From: a virus
Lineage: Duplodnaviria; Caudoviricetes
Length of the DNA stretch: 43,429 bases
Direction: 5' to 3' (one strand)
IMG/VR virus record: IMGVR_UViG_3300044496_000031
Location: 1-43,429 of that record
Shown: positions 1 through 7,955 of the stretch, one piece after another
Layout of the letters: each line of letters starts with the position of its first letter
Position numbering within the stretch: position 1 is the first letter of the stretch
Translations under genes and position numbers: made by a program
The notes under the pieces: model-generated
What the model was told of the DNA's origin: nothing
Database searches by the model: none
The model's input: only the letters and a program-made list of their open reading frames with translations

Positions 1-78
1 GCCCGGCGCGGCGGCCGCGGCGGCGCCTGCCGCGGGGTGATTGCCAAGACGAAACAAGCTGAACGATGCCGCTGTGAT
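1..78. repeat. Terminal direct repeat, copy 1 (matches 43352-43429 at 75/78 positions)
   Basis: Direct comparison: mismatches at position 28 (t vs g) and 60-61 (tg vs ac). Confidence 0.95.
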
Positions 79-429
79 CGGCCCGGTGCTCGCTTTGTAA
101 AAGGCGAGCTCTTGGCGCTTGCCGTTCGTTGTGACCTCGAAAATGAGATCGGAGAGCGACGAGAAACCCGCGTTGAGCTGCGCGTTGGGCCGGCACGCGC
201 GACGGTAGCCTCTCCCCATACGGCGCCAAATGTCCCAAGCGCGATCGAGTGCAGTCGCCTCGAATCCGGCGCGGATCTCGCCGGTGAAGTCGCCGCCAGG
301 CATCGCTCTCACGTTGCCCGGCACGCCGGCGACCGCGACCGGCCAATAGAAATCGCGCATCGCCGCGGAAACCTGCGCGACCTTTTCCTCGCCGAGCCAA
401 CGCGCGAGCTGTCCGCTGTGAGTGTGCAT
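1..429 (-). CDS. 5' part of an origin-spanning putative virion/tail-associated protein (about 371 aa when joined to 42665-43351); not in the ORF track
   Basis: ATG at 429, just after the stop of 432-2105. Reads MHTHSGQLARWLGEEKVAQVSAAMRDFYWPVAVAGVPGNV...LFRLGNHPAAGAAAAAAPG, runs in frame into the ORF at the other end, and is paralogous to 41493-42662. Confidence 0.85.
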   Translation of the reverse strand, partial: MHTHSGQLARWLGEEKVAQVSAAMRDFYWPVAVAGVPGNVRAMPGGDFTGEIRAGFEATALDRAWDIWRRMGRGYRRACRPNAQLNAGFSSLSDLIFEVTTNGKRQELAFYKASTGPITAASFSLFRLGNHPAAGAAAAAAPG

Positions 430-431
430 GG

Positions 432-2105
432 TCAGTATCCCTTGTTGGTCGCGAGTAGATGCGCTTTGTTGGTCACGGTGCGCCATTCAAATCCGAGCGC
501 GTCGGTCTTGCTGCCGGTGACGGTTAGCACGACCGGGAACGGCGTATCGGTCGAGCCTACGAGATTGGCGCCGGCGGTGAGCACCCGGCCTCCGGTTGCG
601 TCCTGCGGGAGCCAAACGCGAATGATATCGCCGTCCTTGCCATTGGTAATGTCGAGCGTGAGCGGCCCGGTGAGTGCGCCAACCTCGACATGGAAAATTG
701 ATTCGGCGAACCCGGTTAGGTCGACCGTGACCGTGGCAGCGTAGGCGTAAGACAAAAGCCGCGTGCCGCTGACGCCGAGCATGGTGCGCACTTGCGCGAC
801 GGTGAGATCCGCGACGTTCGCGGTGCCGCCGGTGTTGTTGCCCTTGAGCGTGAGCGTTGCCGCCTGCGCGAGTTTGGCATTGGTCACTCCGTTCGCGGCC
901 AGGCCGACCGTGACGGGCCCGTTGGCGCCCCCGTCGGTGACTGTGGTAACGGTTGCCTCTGGCGTGAGCACGCGCTCTGCTGTGAGCGTGCCATCTGTGG
1001 CAAGTGTCACGTACTGCGCGCCGGTCGGTGCGCTGGCTGCACCGCTGGCCGCGAACACGGCATTGGCGCCGACCTTGGTGAGCACCCATCCCGCCGTTGC
1101 CGAAGCGACATCGGTGAGCGCGTTGATCGCGAGCGGTTGCGTGTTCTGCCCGGTGCCACCGTAGGCGATCGCAAGCGGCACCGACAGCGTTGCCTCGCCC
1201 TCGACTTGGAGTTGTGACACGCCGTCGTCGGTGCCTGTCCCGGCCAACAGACGCCCGTAAATTCTGGCATAGGTTGGCGTCGCTCCCGAGCGCCCGAACT
1301 CAAATACTGTGCTGACTGCCGCGCCGGCATCGTTGAGCGTGGAGAGCGAAAAATAACTCTTGGTAAGGAACGCCCAATGTTTCTCGTTCGCTGGTTGGTT
1401 GACGTCGGAAATCTGCAGGTAGACTAAGGGCGACAGGCCGCCCGTCGTGTTGATGAACTTGACCCCCGTATCCGCGGGGCCGAGGACAAAAGTGTCCGAG
1501 AAATTTCCGTCGCCGCGGAGGAATTGGTTGAGCGTGCCGGGGAAGTTGAACGGGTTGCCGTTGTTGGTGATCGTGAGGTCGGCGCCATCGTTCGACAGCG
1601 TGATCCCGGTGCCCGCCTTCACCGACATAAAGCGGTGATTACTGCCGATGCTGCTGACGTAGAGCCCGGTCCCGGTGCCGAGATTGGTGAACGTGTTGCC
1701 CGCGCCAGCGCCGAGGGCCTCGAGCAAACCGATTCGGCGATCGAGCTGCTGCAGGCCCATGATCGCGTAATCCCAATCCTTCTCAATCGTCTCGGCGGGC
1801 AGAGTGTCGTGGGCCACGTAGTTGTCGAGCTGCGTGAATGGCACTTCGCGCAGAATCTCGAGCTGATACAGGGACGACAATGGCGACAGCGCGCCCATCG
1901 TGGTGATCGTGCCGCCGGCGAGATTGCCCGCGCCGTTGAGGGTGTAGTCGGTGCCGCGCACCAGGACCAGGCGCGTGCTGTCGGAGATCGTGATTCGCGT
2001 AACGTAGATGTGCGGGTCGGTGATCCAGTAGAACGGGATCGCGAAGGCGGTCGTCGCACCGTTGCCGTTGTACGTCTGAATGTTGCTCGGATAGGTGACG
2101 GTCAT
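432..2105 (-). CDS. Tail fibre protein 1 (T7 gp17-like N-terminal anchor)
   Basis: N-terminus YNGNGATTAFAIPFY...GTDYTL...ILREVPFTQ...ETIEKDWDYAIMGLQQ is typical of podovirus fibre anchors; Gly/Thr/Ala-rich body; follows the ejection genes. Confidence 0.85.
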   Translation of the reverse strand: MTVTYPSNIQTYNGNGATTAFAIPFYWITDPHIYVTRITISDSTRLVLVRGTDYTLNGAGNLAGGTITTMGALSPLSSLYQLEILREVPFTQLDNYVAHDTLPAETIEKDWDYAIMGLQQLDRRIGLLEALGAGAGNTFTNLGTGTGLYVSSIGSNHRFMSVKAGTGITLSNDGADLTITNNGNPFNFPGTLNQFLRGDGNFSDTFVLGPADTGVKFINTTGGLSPLVYLQISDVNQPANEKHWAFLTKSYFSLSTLNDAGAAVSTVFEFGRSGATPTYARIYGRLLAGTGTDDGVSQLQVEGEATLSVPLAIAYGGTGQNTQPLAINALTDVASATAGWVLTKVGANAVFAASGAASAPTGAQYVTLATDGTLTAERVLTPEATVTTVTDGGANGPVTVGLAANGVTNAKLAQAATLTLKGNNTGGTANVADLTVAQVRTMLGVSGTRLLSYAYAATVTVDLTGFAESIFHVEVGALTGPLTLDITNGKDGDIIRVWLPQDATGGRVLTAGANLVGSTDTPFPVVLTVTGSKTDALGFEWRTVTNKAHLLATNKGY

Positions 2106-2112
2106 GGCGTCC

Positions 2113-4659
2113 TCATTGCTGCGCGATCACGCGCCCTACGTTGGGCTGCGTGGCTGTACCGATCGGCCGGCCCGGTTGCCACCAGTAGCGCGAGCCAAAT
2201 TGCCGCTCGGCGCGCGCCTGCATCCGTGAGAGATATCCCGGGTTGAGTTGGTCCTGCACGTAATCGAAAATGTAATGATCGGTTGCGGCCTTCGTGTACC
2301 AAAGGTTCGCGCCTGGCGTGAGCTGCTTCCCGAAATTCACGGCCTCTTGGCCGAAGTGCGTGGGCGCATTGCCCATCGCCGCGACCGCGTTGCCGAGCGT
2401 TAGGTTGCCGAGCTGCGCGACCGTGTTAGGCAACGGCCCGAGTGTTGCGCCGAGCGCGGAGCGCGCATCGCCGCTCGCCTCGCCCGCTAGGAAGTCGCCG
2501 TATACGCCGAGCGCGCCGCCTTTCAGCACCGCGGCGATCCAGTTTTTCAGCATGACCTTGCCGTCGCCACCGTACAGCGGTCGCGGCTGCTTGCCGGCGA
2601 GCATGTCCTGAATCTCGACCGCGAGCGCGCCCATCAAGCTCGACATTACAAAGAGCGGCGCAATGTAACGGAGCTTCCCGCCGACGGTGTCCTGGCCTTC
2701 CCATCCCCGCTCGACGAAGTGCTTGCGCACGAACGCCCAGGGGAAGGACTTGAATTGCCAAAACGCCTTGGATAGCTCGCCCTTGACGTCGCCCTTGGAG
2801 GCGCCGCCACCCATCATCAAGCGATCCGCGGCGCCCGGCTCGACAACGGCCATGTGACTCTCGGTGATCGCGATGCCGAGGATTTTCTGCGCAGCGTCGC
2901 GGCGCAGAGCGTCGTTGCCAATCGTGACCTGGTCGGGCCGCAGCGCGAGCGCCGCGAGCCGATCGTCGCCGATGCCGTAGATTGCATCCGGCGTGAGCAG
3001 GCGGCCGAAATTCGTGCCCTCGAGCTCGGCCTGGCGCCATACCTGATAGTGCAGGTCGGTCACGCCATGCGCCTCGAGGAGCTTGCGATCGACAGCCGGC
3101 ACGTCGGCCAGCGTCTCGTGACGCCCGATGAGATTGCCCAGGGCGCGCATGTGCGTCGCCGCGTAGCCACCGCGTAGCGCATCGGTCCAGTGGGTGAGCC
3201 CCGACACGCGCAAGATGCCCTGCGCCATTTTCCCGGTGAACGATTGCCCGAGGCTGTCGACCTGGAAGCGCCGCGCCGATTGCATGGTCGAGCTCATCAT
3301 CAAGCCGGCGTGCTCGAGCTGGTCGCGCCCCTCGGCGGATCCGAACAGCGCCCGCAAGGCGTTCGAGTACGCGCCCCAAACGCCGACGCGGTTGTAAGCC
3401 GCGGTCATCGTCAAGGTGCCGACGTCGGGAATCGACGACCACAACGCCGAGCCCAGGTGAGCGGCAACCATGACGTTGCGGCCTTCCTCGAACGCGCGCG
3501 CCGTGCGCGAATTGGTCACGCCGTTGGTGTAGCCGGCCAGGTAGCGGTAGGCGTTGGCGATGTCCTGCGCCTCGGCCGCGGCATTCGTGCGCGCATGGCG
3601 CGAATCGCGCAGCGCGGTGTCATTCTGGAACGCGAATTCGTGATCGGCGTTCGGGCCGAACTGCTCCATGAGGGAGATCTCGCGCGCCATCCGGCCGACG
3701 TTTCCCGTCATCGTCGCCCACAGGTCTTTCCCGCCGAATCGGTCCTGGTACGCGATATAGCCCTCCGCGTCCTTGAAGTGGAGAACGCGGTGCGCGAGCT
3801 CGCGCTTGGCGATCGACGCCGAGCGCCCGCCCTGGCCTGGCTCGATCTTGTTGGCGCCGCCGGTGGCGATCGAATCCCACGATTCGGAAAGCAGCGCATC
3901 GAATTCGGCATCGTCGAGATAGCGCCCATTCTCGTGCACGTAGCGCGTGCGATCGAGCTTCGGGCCGATGTCGTCCTTCCATGCCTGTCGGGCCTGATCG
4001 CTGCCGTCGCCGAACACGCGCAATTGATCGTGATGCTGCGGATAGCGCCAATCGGCCAGGCGGTTCAGGATGCCGCCGGCGTCCTTGAAGTGCCCCGCCA
4101 TCGCGTCGGCAACGTCCGACCAGGCTTTCGCGGCGCGCTTGGCCATCGCGCTCCCGGTGTCCTGGCCGAACAGCTCGCGCGTGACGAGCCCGGCGCCCTC
4201 CTTGTTGGCCATCATGCCGAACACCTTGGGCCCGACTGCCTCAAAGGTTCCGGTCAGCCGGCGCGCGTAGTCCTCTTGGATCGCAAGGTGCCGTTCCTCG
4301 AGCGACGTGCCGCGCGACCGGCCATCGTTGTTGACGAACAGCGTACGCCTAAGCGCCTGCTGGCGATCCATGCCGGCCGCCTGCATTTCTGCGAGGCTGC
4401 CCTCGATAGCGTCGTGCGTTTGCACCGCGCGCAACGCCATGCGCTTCGTGTCAGCGGCCTCGGTCGCGAGCTGCTTCGCGGCGAGCTTCGCCGCTTCGTC
4501 GAGCCGCGTCGCGACCGCCTGCGATTGGAATTTCTGTAGGTCTTGGCGCGCGAGCTCGCGCATGTTGTCGCGGATCCGTTGCTCGATTCCATCGGCCTCG
4601 GCCTGGGTGATCTCGCGGCCGGCGGCGCGAGAAACCGCGGCGATGCAGCGCGCCCTCAT
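2113..4659 (-). CDS. Large internal virion (DNA ejection) protein
   Basis: 848 aa. N-terminus MRARCIAAVSRAAGREIT and C-terminal QFKSFP, GGALGVYGDFL, PGANLWY and YWWQPG motifs resemble epsilon15/APSE-type ejection proteins; position fits. Confidence 0.8.
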   Translation of the reverse strand: MRARCIAAVSRAAGREITQAEADGIEQRIRDNMRELARQDLQKFQSQAVATRLDEAAKLAAKQLATEAADTKRMALRAVQTHDAIEGSLAEMQAAGMDRQQALRRTLFVNNDGRSRGTSLEERHLAIQEDYARRLTGTFEAVGPKVFGMMANKEGAGLVTRELFGQDTGSAMAKRAAKAWSDVADAMAGHFKDAGGILNRLADWRYPQHHDQLRVFGDGSDQARQAWKDDIGPKLDRTRYVHENGRYLDDAEFDALLSESWDSIATGGANKIEPGQGGRSASIAKRELAHRVLHFKDAEGYIAYQDRFGGKDLWATMTGNVGRMAREISLMEQFGPNADHEFAFQNDTALRDSRHARTNAAAEAQDIANAYRYLAGYTNGVTNSRTARAFEEGRNVMVAAHLGSALWSSIPDVGTLTMTAAYNRVGVWGAYSNALRALFGSAEGRDQLEHAGLMMSSTMQSARRFQVDSLGQSFTGKMAQGILRVSGLTHWTDALRGGYAATHMRALGNLIGRHETLADVPAVDRKLLEAHGVTDLHYQVWRQAELEGTNFGRLLTPDAIYGIGDDRLAALALRPDQVTIGNDALRRDAAQKILGIAITESHMAVVEPGAADRLMMGGGASKGDVKGELSKAFWQFKSFPWAFVRKHFVERGWEGQDTVGGKLRYIAPLFVMSSLMGALAVEIQDMLAGKQPRPLYGGDGKVMLKNWIAAVLKGGALGVYGDFLAGEASGDARSALGATLGPLPNTVAQLGNLTLGNAVAAMGNAPTHFGQEAVNFGKQLTPGANLWYTKAATDHYIFDYVQDQLNPGYLSRMQARAERQFGSRYWWQPGRPIGTATQPNVGRVIAQQ

Positions 4660-7600
4660 GCCGCCGCCTTCTCGCAGTTGACCGCGGTTTCGAATAGCGG
4701 CGCGTCGGCCTCGGCCTGGTCGGCTCGGCTTTGCGCCTTGTGCATGGCGCTCGCGGGCGATCGCGGTGCGCCGGCCCGCCCGGGGAACGAATCAGCGGCA
4801 TCGAACAGGGAGCCGGAAAGAACGCCTGGCTCGCCCGCGTAGCGGATCCCGGCGGCGACCAGGTCGGGCACCGTCGGCACTTCGGCGCCAAGGAAATCGG
4901 CTTGCTTCGGGTTGCCGGCGCGCTCGAGCTCGCGGTACATGCCTGCGACCATATCGGACATCGCGCGCGCGCTGCGCGTGTTGGCATCGAGGAAGGCCAG
5001 GATCGCGCGCGCCTCGGGCGTCATCGACGGGCCCATGAGCTCGCCCTGTGCAAGAAAGTCGGCGGTGCGCGTTCCCTCGGATTTGAGTTGGCTGAACTTC
5101 TCGACCGCGGCCAGTACGTCGGGCAGCGGGTCAACCGGATGCAGGTCGCCGCGCCGGATGGCGTCGCGCGCGGCGGCAACCGGAGGGCCCGCTTTCGTCA
5201 ACGCATTGCCGACATTCTTGGCGCCAGGATCCGCGAGCTCGACGAGCCGCTGAAGGGTAGGATTGTCGCCGTAGGCTTTGAACAAGACCGCGTTGCGCAG
5301 CCGGATCATGCCCTCTTGCGACAGCGCGCCGACAGCGTCGACGAGTGCCGCCTGCTCGGTGCCGGGAAACTTGCCGATCCAATTCATGACGAAATCGCGA
5401 TTCGCCGGCGCGTTGAGATTGCCGTCCTCGGGCACGTAGAACCCATTGAGATCGGGCAGGCGTCCCGCGTCGACCGGAGCTTGCTCGAGGAGGGACATAC
5501 GCATCCCGGCGCCCTCGTTGCTCGCGATCGCGGCCGCGCGCACGTCGACACCTTCGCCCAGGATGCGCACCAGCATCGGCCGGCCCATGCCCTCGGCGGC
5601 CTTGGGGTCGATCCCGAAGCGCGGCAGCGCGGCGATGAGCGGCGCGCGGTACGTATCGCCGGTGCCGTCCTCGTAGGCGCGCTGCACGGCCAGCACGCGA
5701 CCGTTGCCGCCGACGACGCGACCATCGGCCGCCAGCGTGGGCGCGCCGAAATCCATCTGCGGGGATTCAGAGAGGAGCCGGAAGTCGAGCGCGCCGGCAA
5801 TCTTGGCGACCTGCGCCTCGGATGCGGCGCGCGTGCGATCGCGCGCCTGCGTCTCGCCCTTGCCGACGGACGCGGCGACCTGGTCAGCGTCGACCAGGGC
5901 CCATGTGACTTTCTCGTATTTGTCGCCGACCTTGACGGTGTCGGACTTGCCGGTTGCCGCGGGTGTTAGCTGTTGCGGCCGTTCTGTTTCAGCCCTTCCA
6001 CCATCGCCGCCGCGGCCCTGTCCGCGAGCTTGGAGCCCGGGCTCGGCTGCGGGGAGGGCGGGCTCGCCTTGCGCGAACCCACGGTATACAGCGTCGGAGA
6101 TTTGACCTTTTGCTTTTGCATCTTCAAGCGCCTGCCGAAGTTGATCGCGCAGGACAGTACGATTGTGCTCCTTCCCGGCCAGAAAATCAACATTCACCAG
6201 GGTTTGCTTTCCCACGCCGCGGCTGTTGTCGACAAAGCGGAAGTGAACGCTACCAGCGCGATCAGCGTACTCGCGCTCGAGCTGCAGCATGACCTCGCGC
6301 GAGCCGACGTGCGTGTCCAGGTGCTCGGCGAGCGGCACGGTGCGCCCGCTGCCGAATTCGCCCTCTTGCCGCATCGCCCGCCGCATCGCCCCGCGCAGCG
6401 CGTCGACGGGCTCGCGGTACACGTGGACGATAATCGCCTCCTTGCCCGCCTCGAGCGCCTGGTCGACCTTCGCTTTGGCGCTCTCGTACTTGTTCATGTT
6501 TGTGTCGTACACGATCTGCGCCGCGTCCTTGACGGCCCCCATGCCGGGCGCCTCGAGGCCTGTCGTCTTGCCGGCGCCGGTGCCGCCGGCGGTGAACAGC
6601 ACCGCGGCCTCTTGACCTTCGGCCGGCGGCTCGGCCAGGCGCTTCGCGTAGAGCTGCTTGATAAACCCGCTCGCCGGCTCGTGCACCGCGCGCGATCTTT
6701 CAGAGCGGTTTTTCAGGTAGGCCGGATCGAGCTCGCGCGCGACGTCGGTGCTCAACACCTTCCCGCCCTCGGTTTCTGGAATCTTCGCGTAGGCGGCCTC
6801 GAGCTCGGCCAGCGGGCGGGCTCCGAATGCTTGCTCGACCGCGCGCTCCTCGGGCGTGAGATCCTTTTCCGACGGCGTGTAGCGCACGCGCTCGACGGGC
6901 GCCGCGATCGGCGCCGGTGCCGGTTCCTCGGCGATGAGCTCGGCGGTCGCCTTTTGCACTTGCGCAACGGAGCCGTTCGGATCCTCGACGAACTTGGCCT
7001 CGGGATGCTCGACGACGTCGACGCGCGGCTCGCCCGACAGTAGGGCCATCGTCTCGCGCGCGATCGCGTCGTTGACCGTGTTGGCCGTCTCGATGTCGGC
7101 AGCAACGCCGGCGACGTCGCGATTGTGAAGCTCAGACTTGACGACCATCGCCGCGTCGACGGTGGAGGGCGCCGGCGCGTCCATCGGCTTGACCTCGGGC
7201 ACCGCGCCGCTCATTTGCTTTGGCTGCGCCACGTGCGCCCAGGTGCCGAACGCCAGGCCGAGAATGAGATCGGCGGCCATGCCGGATTTGTCTAGCGTCT
7301 GATACTGCGCCGCCTGGTCGGGATAGCCCGCGCGCCGCAACAGGTCGGACGTGAGCCCGCGATTTTCCGCGCCGAACACGAGATTGACGCCGGCACCGAA
7401 CGCGGCCGACTGCCACAACGGGGCGCCAGCCACGCTAACCGGCAGGTAAGCGCCGGCCGCGGTCGCGACGCCCTCGACGGTGCCCTTGAGCAACGCCGTA
7501 CGCGGGTCCAGGCCCTCGGCAAGTCCGGTCTTGACGCCAGAGTAGCCCTCAACTGTGCCGGCGAGCGCAGCGGCGCCGGGAGGGCCGCCGGCGGCGAATC

Positions 7601-7955
7601 CCGCGGCGAACAGGGAACCCACTTCGGCCAGGCCGTGCAGCGCGCGCCCGACGCCGCCTACAACGTAAGGATTCGGGCGTAGCTTCTGGACCTGCGCGTC
7701 GGTCTTGGCCGCTTCCGCGCGCAGCCACGTCTCGGTGTCGGTGCCGAAAAACTTGTCTGCGGTCATGCCGGCGGGGATCGCCGCGTCGCCGGCGAGCTGC
7801 CCGATTTTGGCGGCCGCGCTGAACAAGCCGCCACCGAAAGCGGTGGGGATACCGCCAAAGGCGCTCGCCGCCATATCCTCGGGCGTTGCTGGATGCAGCG
7901 AAGCGCGATTCGCCTGCGCTGCTTCCTGGCCCGGCGCGATGTCGAAAAAGCTCAT
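4656..7955 (-). CDS. Internal virion/ejection protein with inserted zeta-toxin-like P-loop kinase and ddrB-like ParB domains (polyvalent protein)
   Basis: 1099 aa. Ala/Gly-rich hydrophobic N-terminal region; Walker A FTAGGTGAGKTT, VYDTNM, IVHVYREP and GRTVP; then QARDR...ESPQMDFGAP...VVGGNGR. Confidence 0.75.
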   Translation of the reverse strand: MSFFDIAPGQEAAQANRASLHPATPEDMAASAFGGIPTAFGGGLFSAAAKIGQLAGDAAIPAGMTADKFFGTDTETWLRAEAAKTDAQVQKLRPNPYVVGGVGRALHGLAEVGSLFAAGFAAGGPPGAAALAGTVEGYSGVKTGLAEGLDPRTALLKGTVEGVATAAGAYLPVSVAGAPLWQSAAFGAGVNLVFGAENRGLTSDLLRRAGYPDQAAQYQTLDKSGMAADLILGLAFGTWAHVAQPKQMSGAVPEVKPMDAPAPSTVDAAMVVKSELHNRDVAGVAADIETANTVNDAIARETMALLSGEPRVDVVEHPEAKFVEDPNGSVAQVQKATAELIAEEPAPAPIAAPVERVRYTPSEKDLTPEERAVEQAFGARPLAELEAAYAKIPETEGGKVLSTDVARELDPAYLKNRSERSRAVHEPASGFIKQLYAKRLAEPPAEGQEAAVLFTAGGTGAGKTTGLEAPGMGAVKDAAQIVYDTNMNKYESAKAKVDQALEAGKEAIIVHVYREPVDALRGAMRRAMRQEGEFGSGRTVPLAEHLDTHVGSREVMLQLEREYADRAGSVHFRFVDNSRGVGKQTLVNVDFLAGKEHNRTVLRDQLRQALEDAKAKGQISDAVYRGFAQGEPALPAAEPGLQARGQGRGGDGGRAETERPQQLTPAATGKSDTVKVGDKYEKVTWALVDADQVAASVGKGETQARDRTRAASEAQVAKIAGALDFRLLSESPQMDFGAPTLAADGRVVGGNGRVLAVQRAYEDGTGDTYRAPLIAALPRFGIDPKAAEGMGRPMLVRILGEGVDVRAAAIASNEGAGMRMSLLEQAPVDAGRLPDLNGFYVPEDGNLNAPANRDFVMNWIGKFPGTEQAALVDAVGALSQEGMIRLRNAVLFKAYGDNPTLQRLVELADPGAKNVGNALTKAGPPVAAARDAIRRGDLHPVDPLPDVLAAVEKFSQLKSEGTRTADFLAQGELMGPSMTPEARAILAFLDANTRSARAMSDMVAGMYRELERAGNPKQADFLGAEVPTVPDLVAAGIRYAGEPGVLSGSLFDAADSFPGRAGAPRSPASAMHKAQSRADQAEADAPLFETAVNCEKAAA

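Noticed and set aside
5280-5940. ParB-like domain as the cognate binder of the parS site
   Set aside because: It resembles the ddrB-type ParB/Srx catalytic domain and no parS-binding HTH is evident; nothing in the sequence links it to parS.
6070-6860. Classical epsilon-zeta toxin-antitoxin pair
   Set aside because: The kinase-like domain is embedded in a virion protein and has no adjacent small antitoxin gene.
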